From Nitrospirota bacterium (GTDB lineage Bacteria; Nitrospirota; Thermodesulfovibrionia; UBA6902): DNA of 64,000 bases. The notes below the pieces were generated by a model, which did no database searches, had not been told where the DNA came from, and was given only the letters and a program-made list of their open reading frames with translations. A program made the position numbers and the translations under genes. This document shows, piece after piece, positions 29,109-37,668 of this stretch. Location: NCBI GenBank assembly GCA_016213945.1, contig JACQZF010000032.1, forward strand, positions 20,324-84,323. The letters run 5' to 3'. The stretch's first letter is position 1. Every line of letters begins with the position of its first letter.

Positions 29109-30758
29109 ATGAAACTCGGCGACAGTCTGATAGAGAAGGGCCTGTTAACAAACGAGAGACTTTCGCTCGCGCTGGCCCATCAGAAGATAACGGGCTCCAT
29201 GCTTGGAGAGACCCTTGTTAAGCTCGGGTTTGTATCTTCAGGTGAAATTGCCAAAACTCTTGCGGACCAGACGGGAATCCCTTTCATTGACCTGTCCGAA
29301 TACAATGTGTCTGAAGACGCCATCCGTCTCATCCCGAAAGAAATTGCTGAAAAGGCCGGCTTCATACCCCTGCGTTTGACCGACAGCTCTATCGAAATAG
29401 GGATCACCAACCCTTCAAACATACAGGCCATCGACACCGCGTCAAAGATATCAGGGAAAAAACCCAGGATCTTTTTGATCGACAACACTGGTTTTTATGA
29501 GACCCTTGAGAGGGTCTATTTCTTTCTTGCAAACCCGATACAACAAAATATTGAAACGGCGATCAACGAAATAAAATCCTCTCCCTCCCTTCCCGCGGCA
29601 ACTGTTGCGGACCTTGCGCAAAATTTAATAATGGAAGGGATAAGGAGAAAGGCAACGGATGTCCATATAAGCCCTGCCGCCGACACTATGAATGTTTTTT
29701 ACAGGGTGGACGGCGTGCTGCAATACGGCTTCTGCATCCCGAAGGCCGCCCAGGCAGGGATCATATCGAGGATCAAGGTCATGTCCCTGCTGGATATCTC
29801 GGAGCAGAGACTGCCGCAGGACGGTTCTTTTTCCATGAGTTTTTTAAACACAAAATACGAGATGCGCATATCGACTACGCCCACAATTTACGGCGAGAAC
29901 GTGGTCATCAGGGTGCTTGCCGGCGGCACAGGACAACTGCTCAGGCTTGAAGGGCTCGGCTTTGACCCCGGAAACACAAAACGCCTGCGGGCGCTTTTTC
30001 AAAAGCCCTACGGGATAATTCTGATCACCGGGCCTACCGGCAGCGGTAAGACAACAACGCTGTATGCGGCCCTGAGAGAGGTGGACCTGATCGAAAGGAA
30101 CGTCCTGACCGTTGAAGACCCGGTGGAATACAAGCTGAGCTTTGTAAAACAGACCGCGGTGAATCTGAAGGCGGGTTACGACTTTGCCCTTGCCGGAAGA
30201 AACTTTATGAGACAGGACCCGGACGTCATGCTGCTTGGAGAGATAAGAGATGAGGAAACCGCGAAGATCGCCATCCGCGCCTCCATCACCGGGCATCTCG
30301 TCCTGTCCACCCTTCACACAAATGACGCGGTGACGTCGGTCCCAAGATTGCTCGATTTTAACATTGACAGGTTCCTTCTGTCCTCCTCGCTTCTTGCAGT
30401 CGTTGCCCAAAGGCTTGTCAGGAAACTCTGCAGTAACTGCAAGGAAGAGTATCAGGTGACGGATGAAGAACTTGAGCTGATAGATATCTCAGGATTAAAG
30501 GACGTCACTTTAAAGACCGCCTTCCGGGCAAAGGGCTGCAATATGTGCAGCAATACCGGATATATGGGAAGGACGGTCGTCGGCGAAATCATGGTCGTCA
30601 ACGACGAGATCAGGGAGCTTATCGCGGCAGGCTCGTCATTGATGAAGATAAAAGAGGCGGCGCTGAAACACGGCATGGTGCCGCTAAAGGCCGCCGGTAT
30701 CCAGAAGATCAAACAAAACATCACCAGCATCGAGGAGATCGTCAGGCTGATAGACTGA
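29109..30758 (+). CDS. type IV pilus/T2SS ATPase with MshEN-type N-terminus (MshE-like)
   Basis: Walker A GPTGSGKTT, Asp and His boxes, tetracysteine CSNC...CNMC. N-terminal tandem xLGxxL(I/V)xxG(L/F)(L/V)xxxx(L/I)xxxLxxQ motifs. Confidence 0.9.
   Translation: MKLGDSLIEKGLLTNERLSLALAHQKITGSMLGETLVKLGFVSSGEIAKTLADQTGIPFIDLSEYNVSEDAIRLIPKEIAEKAGFIPLRLTDSSIEIGITNPSNIQAIDTASKISGKKPRIFLIDNTGFYETLERVYFFLANPIQQNIETAINEIKSSPSLPAATVADLAQNLIMEGIRRKATDVHISPAADTMNVFYRVDGVLQYGFCIPKAAQAGIISRIKVMSLLDISEQRLPQDGSFSMSFLNTKYEMRISTTPTIYGENVVIRVLAGGTGQLLRLEGLGFDPGNTKRLRALFQKPYGIILITGPTGSGKTTTLYAALREVDLIERNVLTVEDPVEYKLSFVKQTAVNLKAGYDFALAGRNFMRQDPDVMLLGEIRDEETAKIAIRASITGHLVLSTLHTNDAVTSVPRLLDFNIDRFLLSSSLLAVVAQRLVRKLCSNCKEEYQVTDEELELIDISGLKDVTLKTAFRAKGCNMCSNTGYMGRTVVGEIMVVNDEIRELIAAGSSLMKIKEAALKHGMVPLKAAGIQKIKQNITSIEEIVRLID
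30734..30758 (+). repeat. direct repeat copy 1 (the last 25 nt of mshE, stop included)
   Basis: GGAGATCGTCAGGCTGATAGACTGA, identical to 33122-33146. Confidence 0.9.
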
Positions 30759-30789
30759 GCTAACCTGTCACAAGCAATACCTGTCTTCT

Positions 30790-31275
30790 ATGGAAAATGA
30801 AAAAAATACATTAACGCCCCAATTAGCTGACTTCAAAGCAGCTATCACAAAAGAGTTCTACTCGGAAAATCAATTTAAAATTGATGCTGTAAACTCAAAA
30901 ACATTTATTTTACAATTAGCCCAACATAACCCCAGATCATTTGTTTCAGGAAGTCCAGTTGCACTTGGTAAAGTATTACAGGAGTATAACAGAAACGAAT
31001 TTCACCATATTTTCCCCAAGTCATATTTGAAAACAGTTGGAAAAGAAGATAAGACAATAAATTGCTTGGCAAATTTTTGTTTTATGTCTAAAGCAGATAA
31101 TAATAAACTTGGTGCTGATAGTCCAAGTAAATATAAAACAAAAATGGCACTTAACACAGAAGAAATTCTTGAATCTGCATTTACTTCAGATATAGTTTTT
31201 TTGGACAACTTTGAAAACTTTATTGATGATCGAGCCAACAAACTTTGGCAATATGCAACAACTATGACATCATAA
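30790..31275 (+). CDS. DUF1524/HNH-like nuclease C-terminal fragment (GmrSD/DUF262-family tail)
   Basis: EFHHIFPKSYL ... INCLANFCFMSKADNNKLGADSPSKY resembles the His-Me finger of DUF1524. The frame is open upstream to the TAG inside the repeat, and there is no DUF262 half. Confidence 0.45.
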   Translation: MENEKNTLTPQLADFKAAITKEFYSENQFKIDAVNSKTFILQLAQHNPRSFVSGSPVALGKVLQEYNRNEFHHIFPKSYLKTVGKEDKTINCLANFCFMSKADNNKLGADSPSKYKTKMALNTEEILESAFTSDIVFLDNFENFIDDRANKLWQYATTMTS

Positions 31276-31361
31276 CAAATACCAGTTAGCGCCGGGGGTT
31301 CCTATTGAACGATTACAGCCCCAAAAACTTAAATGTTATGATAATATTATCGGGAGGGTTG

Positions 31362-32132
31362 ATGCCGAGAAAGCGATTAGAGAACAAACCACTCGTTGAA
31401 GCCATCTTTGAATTAAGATGGGAATTAAAGGAAATCGGTCAAGGTATCAAGGTAGACCCGCACTATAAAATCCTTGTTGGCAGCCTATACTCGAAACTAA
31501 AAGAGGAATATCCCCACCATGAGCCTTTACCGGCCTCCTCATTGCCTGATGATATGGCGGGATATGTAATTCAGCACAGATTCAGGAAAGGTGAAAATGA
31601 ATGGCCTCTAATACAAATAGGGCCGGGCATTCTCACGGTTAATGATACGGCAGGATATATATGGGAGGATTTTGAAAAAAAAGTTTTAGCGGCAGTTACC
31701 TCTCTTTTTGAGTCATACCCGCAACCGGAGAATATTAAAATAAATAGTTTGCTTTTAAGGTATATAGACGCCGTTGAATTCAATTATCAATCTGATAACA
31801 TTTTTAAGTTTCTGTTAAATCATATGAAAACAGGTATCAAGTTATACCCGGACCTGTTCAATGGGACTGGGGTTGAGTCTGTGCCTGCATCGTTCGATTG
31901 GCGATTTTCTTTTCCTTGCAAGAAGCCTGAAGGCATTATTCATTTGAGATTTATCAGAGGTAAAAAGGCAAATGCCGATGGATTAATTTGGGAAACGATG
32001 GTTCAGTCAACGGAAGGAAAAGCATCGCAGATATCCAATCAAATAAAGAAGTGGCTAAATGATGCTCACAATTTAACAGACGACTGGTTTTTTAAATTAA
32101 TAAACGGAGAGTTGGAAAGGAGATTCGAGTAA
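31362..32132 (+). CDS. TIGR04255-like uncharacterised protein
   Basis: Start MPRKRLENKPLVEAIFELRW follows gggaggg; this N-terminal pattern matches my memory of TIGR04255. About 256 aa. Confidence 0.5.
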   Translation: MPRKRLENKPLVEAIFELRWELKEIGQGIKVDPHYKILVGSLYSKLKEEYPHHEPLPASSLPDDMAGYVIQHRFRKGENEWPLIQIGPGILTVNDTAGYIWEDFEKKVLAAVTSLFESYPQPENIKINSLLLRYIDAVEFNYQSDNIFKFLLNHMKTGIKLYPDLFNGTGVESVPASFDWRFSFPCKKPEGIIHLRFIRGKKANADGLIWETMVQSTEGKASQISNQIKKWLNDAHNLTDDWFFKLINGELERRFE

Positions 32133-32494
32133 TGCTCGATAATATTTCTTCAACGCATGTAAAAATTAGTCCAACGTTTATGCTTGGTTCAAGCTCTACC
32201 GATGGCGAGGACAGGGAATTTCTGAATTTCGTTCAATATCCGCTTAGAGAACTTTTGTATGGAGGAGAATTCTCATGGCTCGAAACAACATCCCATCCCG
32301 TAACAGTTTCTATTTTCTTTAAGAATGAAACTTATAAGTCCGCAGGAGTTATTCCGGAAGAAATGCTGGAACATGATATATTTGTGAAAATGCCTCCTAA
32401 AAGAAGACGCACTGTTAAATTCAAGATAAGGAGTATAAGGAAAGCGAAACCGAGAATAGTCATTCCGGAGTATCCCTATATAGATAATATTTGA
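32132..32494 (+). CDS. hypothetical protein (120 aa, basic C-terminus)
   Basis: TAATG overlap with the upstream gene. KMPPKRRRTVKFKIRSIRKAKP tail. No family recognised. Confidence 0.45.
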   Translation: MLDNISSTHVKISPTFMLGSSSTDGEDREFLNFVQYPLRELLYGGEFSWLETTSHPVTVSIFFKNETYKSAGVIPEEMLEHDIFVKMPPKRRRTVKFKIRSIRKAKPRIVIPEYPYIDNI

Positions 32495-32498
32495 TAAG

Positions 32499-33035
32499 AT
32501 GCAAACAAGAGATTTCCCATGGTATGAAACAGTTGACAATAAAGAGCCTGTACTGCAGGGAGATTTTCTTTTATCGTGTCCTGTTTTTATCCCCACAACA
32601 GAGTCTTTATTTAATGAAGGCGAGTCCCCTGCTGGCGATATTGAAGAGTATGATGTAATTGTCATGAGCCAATCGTGCGATCTTGTTCTCAAGAAACTGG
32701 ATTTGGTGCTTGTCTGTCCCATCTGGTCATTGGGCGAATTGGAAAGGGAAAACGATTATTTCAAAAAGCGGGAAGGAAAAGAAACTTTACGCCAGGGTAA
32801 TGTTCCGGGATACCATCTTTTAAACGTGTGCGATATTGATGGTTTTCAGAGAGAATATACAGCTGTTGATTTCAGGCATTCATACAGTTTACCATTTAAT
32901 CTTGTCATTGATATTGCCCAAAAACAAGACAAAAGATTGAGGCTACTCCCGCCTTACAGAGAGCATCTTTCCCAAGCATATGCCAGATTCTTTATGAGAG
33001 TGGGATTGCCTGTTGATATCCCCAAGTTCAAATAA
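32499..33035 (+). CDS. hypothetical protein (178 aa) with QGD...VIVMSQSCDL...LVLVCPIW pattern
   Basis: Starts 4 nt after the previous stop. No family recognised with certainty. Confidence 0.5.
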   Translation: MQTRDFPWYETVDNKEPVLQGDFLLSCPVFIPTTESLFNEGESPAGDIEEYDVIVMSQSCDLVLKKLDLVLVCPIWSLGELERENDYFKKREGKETLRQGNVPGYHLLNVCDIDGFQREYTAVDFRHSYSLPFNLVIDIAQKQDKRLRLLPPYREHLSQAYARFFMRVGLPVDIPKFK

Positions 33036-33121
33036 TATTGGAAGGAATTGTTTTGATGTAATTGAAAAAATACTGTCAAGTTTGCAAGGCAGATAAATTG
33101 GAGGCAGTATTATGACAGCCG

Positions 33122-33146
33122 GGAGATCGTCAGGCTGATAGACTGA
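33122..33146 (+). repeat. direct repeat copy 2 (relic of the mshE 3' end)
   Basis: Identical 25-mer. Imperfect similarity to the mshE end continues about 10-14 nt further upstream. Confidence 0.9.
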
Positions 33147-33222
33147 TCGGGCGAAATTAATAGGCATGAAAAGTTCTAACGATAGTATTGACACCGGTAT
33201 AACTTTATTGCATACTTAAAAT

Positions 33223-33471
33223 ATGAAAACAGCGATATCCATCCCGGACGACATATTTAAAGAAATAGACAAGACCGCCAAGGAATATAATTACTCGCGA
33301 AGCGAGATATTTACTATGGCAGTTAAAGAGTTCCTGGAAAAGATAAAATCCAGGAAGCTTTTAGACGCTCTTAATGAGGCATATTCAGGGCCGGAACCCG
33401 CTGAGGAAACCTCATTAAGACAGAAAAGCAAAAGATATTATTCCCGGAAAATCATGAAGGGACCCGATTGA
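33223..33471 (+). CDS. ribbon-helix-helix (CopG/MazE-like) antitoxin
   Basis: MKTAISIPDDIFKEIDKTAKEYNYSRSEIFTMAVKEFL. Overlaps the toxin start (TTGA). Confidence 0.8.
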   Translation: MKTAISIPDDIFKEIDKTAKEYNYSRSEIFTMAVKEFLEKIKSRKLLDALNEAYSGPEPAEETSLRQKSKRYYSRKIMKGPD

Positions 33472-33821
33472 ACATCAAACAGGGCGATATTTTCTGGCTT
33501 GATTTAGGGGCGACCAAAGGTTCAGCGCCGGGCTACCTGCATCCCCACGTTGTCATTCAAAACAATATTTTCAATAAAAGCAAGATCAACACCGTTGTAG
33601 TTTGCGCCATAACTTCCAACCTCAAGAGGGCTTTGTCACCTGGCAATGTTACGCTTAAAAAAGGAGAAGGCGGACTTAAGAAAGACAGCGTCGTCAACAT
33701 ATCACAGTTAATAACAGTTGACAAATCAGACCTTATTGAAAAGCTCGGCACACTGCCGCCATCAAAAGTCAGGCAGGTGGTAGAAGGCATTAAGCTGCTG
33801 ATGGAGCCGAGAGACATTTAA
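33468..33821 (+). CDS. mazF: PemK/MazF-family type II toxin (endoribonuclease)
   Basis: GDIFWLDLG...HPHVVIQNN...VVVCAITSNL...SVVNISQLITVDKSDL. TTG start. Confidence 0.85.
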   Translation: MNIKQGDIFWLDLGATKGSAPGYLHPHVVIQNNIFNKSKINTVVVCAITSNLKRALSPGNVTLKKGEGGLKKDSVVNISQLITVDKSDLIEKLGTLPPSKVRQVVEGIKLLMEPRDI

Positions 33822-33828
33822 AAACCAT

Positions 33829-35049
33829 ATGCCTTTCTTCACATACAAAGCGATCAACAGCGACGGCGAGGTGATCAAGGGGATTGTTGAGGAATTAGAC
33901 GAGGACAATGCCTACACCAATGTAGCGGCATCGGGACTGCATATTTTAAAAATCCGGCAGGCCCGCAGTTACGCTGATTTCTATTTAAAGAAAATACGCT
34001 CGTGGGGCATAAAAGCAAACGCGGTAATTGAATTCGCGGCAAACCTTTCCGTGATGCTCCGCTCAGGCATCCCGCTCGTCACCTCTATTTCCGATATAGC
34101 TATGACAACGGAGAATAAACGCTTCCGGGCCAGGCTTCTTGAGGTCAAAAGGAATATCGAGCTTGGGGCGAGCTTCTCATCTTCTTTGTCAGCGCACTCT
34201 GATATATTCCCTGAGATTTTTATAAATCTTACCATGGTCGGCGAGGAGACGGGAAGGCTGGATGAAAGTCTGTCCGAGGTTGCATTGCACCTCCAGAGGA
34301 TGGAGGACCTGAGAAGCGCGATCATAAGGGCGCTCATGTATCCCGTATTTGCCCTCATCGGCACCACGGGGGCGCTTTTGTTCTGGCTCATATATGTCCT
34401 TCCGAAGATGAGCACTCTCCTGACTTCCATGGATGTGAAGCTTCCCGCCCTCACACAGAATCTTATTCTGGTCAGTAATTTCAGCCAATCCAATTGGTAC
34501 ATCTTTATTGCTGCGCCGCTGGCCATTTATATTCTCCTTGTTCTTTTGTCGAAGAAGGAGTCTACTAAATATTATGTTGACGCGGTGAAGCTGAAAATTC
34601 CCATCCTCAACCTGCTCCTGTCCAATAAACTGCTTGCGCTTTTTGCGGAGCAGTTCAGGATACTGGCCACGGCGGGAGTTACGATTGACAGGTCGTTTGA
34701 CATTATGATAAATGTTATAAGCAATTCCGTATTCAAAAGGGCGCTTGTAGACATAAAGGGAGATATCATGCTTGGCAGCAGGATAAGCGAAGCGCTCAAA
34801 AAGCATGATAAATTATTCCCGAATCTGGTTGTTAGGATGATGTCTATCGGAGAGTCCACCGGCAATCTCGGCGAGCAGCTCAATTATCTGTCAGAGTATT
34901 ACCTGAGAAAGCTCGATGACATCTCGCAGAAGATGGGAAAGATGATAGAGCCGATCATTATCATTGTCATAGGGGCCATATTCCTGGTAATAATCATCGG
35001 CCTCATGTCTCCCATATACGATCTAATCTCGCAGATAGGCAAACAATAA
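33829..35049 (+). CDS. type IV pilus/T2SS platform protein (PilC/GspF/MshG-like)
   Basis: Two GspF repeats, three TM segments, 406 aa. Starts 8 nt after the mazF stop. Confidence 0.9.
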   Translation: MPFFTYKAINSDGEVIKGIVEELDEDNAYTNVAASGLHILKIRQARSYADFYLKKIRSWGIKANAVIEFAANLSVMLRSGIPLVTSISDIAMTTENKRFRARLLEVKRNIELGASFSSSLSAHSDIFPEIFINLTMVGEETGRLDESLSEVALHLQRMEDLRSAIIRALMYPVFALIGTTGALLFWLIYVLPKMSTLLTSMDVKLPALTQNLILVSNFSQSNWYIFIAAPLAIYILLVLLSKKESTKYYVDAVKLKIPILNLLLSNKLLALFAEQFRILATAGVTIDRSFDIMINVISNSVFKRALVDIKGDIMLGSRISEALKKHDKLFPNLVVRMMSIGESTGNLGEQLNYLSEYYLRKLDDISQKMGKMIEPIIIIVIGAIFLVIIIGLMSPIYDLISQIGKQ

Positions 35050-36443
35050 TGGACTTTCTGAATTTCTTTGGACTGAAAGAAGACCCTTTTAAATTAACAC
35101 CCGACCCCGCCTATTTTTATCCTTCATCAACTCACAACGAAGGGCTTCTTCTGCTGGACTACTCCATAGAGCAGAAAGAGGGATTCACCACCGTCATCGG
35201 CGAGCCCGGCAGCGGAAAGACAACGCTCCTTAATGTGTTTTTGGAAAAATGGAAGGCTAAGGCGGAGATAGCGATTGTCCTGACCCCGAGATTATCTCCT
35301 GAAGAATTTTTAGCTTCAATACTTGATGACCTGGACATCGGCCCCAGGCGCAAAAACAAAAATGAGATCATAAAGGCATTCAGGGACTTCATGATCGAAA
35401 AATCATCCGCAGGCAGGTGGGTCGTAATTATCGTTGACGAGGCGCAGAACCTTCCTGATGAGACGCTTGAGGAATTGCGCCTGCTTTCAAATCTCGAAAC
35501 CGACAAAGACAAGCTCCTTCAGATCGTGCTTCTGGGACAACCCGAGCTTGAGACAAAATTGATGTCTGAGAAACTCAGGCAATTGGACCAGAGGATAACC
35601 ACGCGCATTCATCTCGGGCATTTCAATCATAACGAGACGCTCGATTACATAAACTACAGGGTCATCAAGGCGGGAAAGCAGAACCTCCAGATCGACAAAA
35701 AGGCCGGGGCCCTCGCGTATAAAATTTCAAAAGGCGTACCGCGTTTAATAAACATGCTCGTATCCCGCGCATTAATGGCGGCGTATCTGGAAGAAAGCAG
35801 CGTTGTCCTGCCAAGGCATATTCAACATGCCATGAAAAGCCTTGACCACAGCGAGATGAAAAATCAGAAGTTCGGATTGATACCCGTATCGGCGGGGATA
35901 GTTTCAGCCCTCCTGATTATGGGGTCAGCCTATTTCTACTTTCAGCATGACAGTCAAAATGCTCTTAAAGAACAACTGAAGACAACCGAAACAAATCTGG
36001 TCCGGAAACCGGCTGACAGCGATGTATATAACAGGGAAGCTAAACATGAAAAGCGTACAACCCCTCTTAATCCCCCCTTATCAAGGGGGGAATCAGGGGG
36101 GTCATTTCCTGAGCCACCACAAAGGAATACTGAAGACTCATCCCTGCAAAAAATGTCTGAACCGATTATTGTTTCCTCAGAACAGACACAAACTCCTCCA
36201 TACAAACTTGTATTCGTTAAAGTCGATGTTGCCAATGTCAGGGAGAAACCAGCCCTTGATTCTGAAACCGTAGGGCAATTATTAAAAAGCGCCCAGCGCG
36301 CTGTGCTTCAGGAATATGTGGATGACAGCAATTTAAAATGGTATCAGGTCTCTTTCCACGGAGAAAAACGCTGGATAGCTGAAGAGGTGGTAGAGGTGGT
36401 TGATCTGGAAAAGATGAACGGGGAACCCGAAACTGCAAACTAA
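35049..36443 (+). CDS. ExeA/MshM-like AAA ATPase with C-terminal SH3b-like domain
   Basis: FGLKEDPF, Walker A GEPGSGKTT, Walker B IVDEAQNL. C-terminal VKVDVANVREKPALDSETVG...WYQV. G5/C5 element in frame at about 36060-36110. Confidence 0.8.
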   Translation: MDFLNFFGLKEDPFKLTPDPAYFYPSSTHNEGLLLLDYSIEQKEGFTTVIGEPGSGKTTLLNVFLEKWKAKAEIAIVLTPRLSPEEFLASILDDLDIGPRRKNKNEIIKAFRDFMIEKSSAGRWVVIIVDEAQNLPDETLEELRLLSNLETDKDKLLQIVLLGQPELETKLMSEKLRQLDQRITTRIHLGHFNHNETLDYINYRVIKAGKQNLQIDKKAGALAYKISKGVPRLINMLVSRALMAAYLEESSVVLPRHIQHAMKSLDHSEMKNQKFGLIPVSAGIVSALLIMGSAYFYFQHDSQNALKEQLKTTETNLVRKPADSDVYNREAKHEKRTTPLNPPLSRGESGGSFPEPPQRNTEDSSLQKMSEPIIVSSEQTQTPPYKLVFVKVDVANVREKPALDSETVGQLLKSAQRAVLQEYVDDSNLKWYQVSFHGEKRWIAEEVVEVVDLEKMNGEPETAN

Positions 36444-36450
36444 ATAGTAT

Positions 36451-36584
36451 CTGTCCATAAATTGCAAGTTTTCAGTTTCGTCATGCCCGAAGTCTTTAAT
36501 CGGGCATCCAGAGCTGCTGAAAAGACTGGATTCCCGCTCAACAGACTGCGGGAATGACAGTTCAATGTTCGAGTTTATGGACAG
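36451..36584. repeat. variant GTCATGCC...GGAATGAC element nested in the outer inverted repeat ctgtccataaa/tttatggacag
   Basis: Read directly from the sequence. Confidence 0.6.
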
Positions 36585-36597
36585 ACTCCATTGAGCC

Positions 36598-37668
36598 TTA
36601 CCTGCTGTTCTGCAAAAGCATGATCCTCTGCTTCACTTCCGCCCGAGTCCTGTCATCAAGCGGACCAATAGCGTATGCGTTCCTGTAGAGTTTAAGGGCA
36701 TCATCTGTCTTGCCCTGCCTTTCATACACGCGGGCAAGCCCCAAAGTGCCTGACACATCGCCTGACCTTGAGAGCTGCGAGAAATACTCCGCTGCCTTTT
36801 CATGATCCGTCTGTTTCTCATAGAGCAGGGCGAGATTCAAAACAGCGGTTTGATTATTCGGCTCAATCCGCAGCGCGTGATTGAAATTCTCCTCTGCCGC
36901 TGAAATATTGCCTGATCTCGCAGAGGCGATCCCAAGATTGATCAACGCGGGTACGTAATCCTTGTTTATCTCCAATGCCATTTGGCAATACCTGACAGCT
37001 TCGTCAAACGCGTTCATCTCAAGCAGTATGTATGCGATGTTGTTTATGACGGCAACGTTGTCCCTGTCTATCTCCAGGGCCTTTTTGTAATTCATGAGCG
37101 CCTTTGAATAATCTTTTGCCGCTTCATGCTCCCTCGCGCTGTACAAATAAAAATCCTCCCCGGATTCATTCAGGCTTTTCCCCTTGGAACTTGCCGGGCC
37201 TTCCTTTTTTACGATAACCTGCTGCAGGTTCGGGAGGATCTCTCCGGCTTTCTTTTCAAGAGGGCGGGGCATTGCCGCTTCCTGTTTCTTTGAAACAACT
37301 GCCGGCTTGCTGACTTCTTTACCTTGCTCCGCTCCCGCTGATTCCGGGAGCTGCGCTTCCCGGGCAGGTTTTAAACCTGCCCCTGCGGGGGGAGCGGGAT
37401 TATTTTGATCAGCAGGTGATGTCGTCATTCTTCTTTGTGTTGCAACGTTGATATTGCTGACTGATTTTTCGGAGAGCTTATTTACAAAAGACACAAAAAA
37501 GACTCCTGTTATTATGGCAACGGCAAACAGGACGGACAATAAAATTATCCTGCGCCTGTTCGCTGATCTTTTTGCTGAGCTTTCTACAATGCTTTTAAGA
37601 TTCGGAGGGACGTCCCTTTTGGACTGGGGCTGTTTGATCTTTGAGAGTAAATCTGCCAGAAGGCTCAT
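36598..37668 (-). CDS. TPR-repeat protein (MshN-like)
   Basis: Start chosen at MSLLADLLSKIK. TM anchor and several TPR units (YSKALMNYKKALEIDRDN...). GGGGCAGG palindrome in frame at about 37365-37395. Confidence 0.55.
   Translation of the reverse strand: MSLLADLLSKIKQPQSKRDVPPNLKSIVESSAKRSANRRRIILLSVLFAVAIITGVFFVSFVNKLSEKSVSNINVATQRRMTTSPADQNNPAPPAGAGLKPAREAQLPESAGAEQGKEVSKPAVVSKKQEAAMPRPLEKKAGEILPNLQQVIVKKEGPASSKGKSLNESGEDFYLYSAREHEAAKDYSKALMNYKKALEIDRDNVAVINNIAYILLEMNAFDEAVRYCQMALEINKDYVPALINLGIASARSGNISAAEENFNHALRIEPNNQTAVLNLALLYEKQTDHEKAAEYFSQLSRSGDVSGTLGLARVYERQGKTDDALKLYRNAYAIGPLDDRTRAEVKQRIMLLQNSR

Larger units (their letters stand above)
30759..33121 (+). mobile_element. A+T-rich inserted island (no integrase seen) between the pilus ATPase and platform genes
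   Basis: Bounded by the 25-bp perfect direct repeat. Visibly lower G+C than the flanks. None of the window's repeat families seen inside. Confidence 0.55.

Noticed and set aside
29844-30410. 188-aa antisense ORF in mshE. Similar long antisense ORFs lie at 34189-34806, 33981-34526, 16256-16723, 16987-17496, 45925-46425, 49044-49676 and 57788-58345.
   Set aside because: All overlap strongly supported genes on the other strand and have low-complexity or Arg/Pro-rich composition typical of shadow frames.
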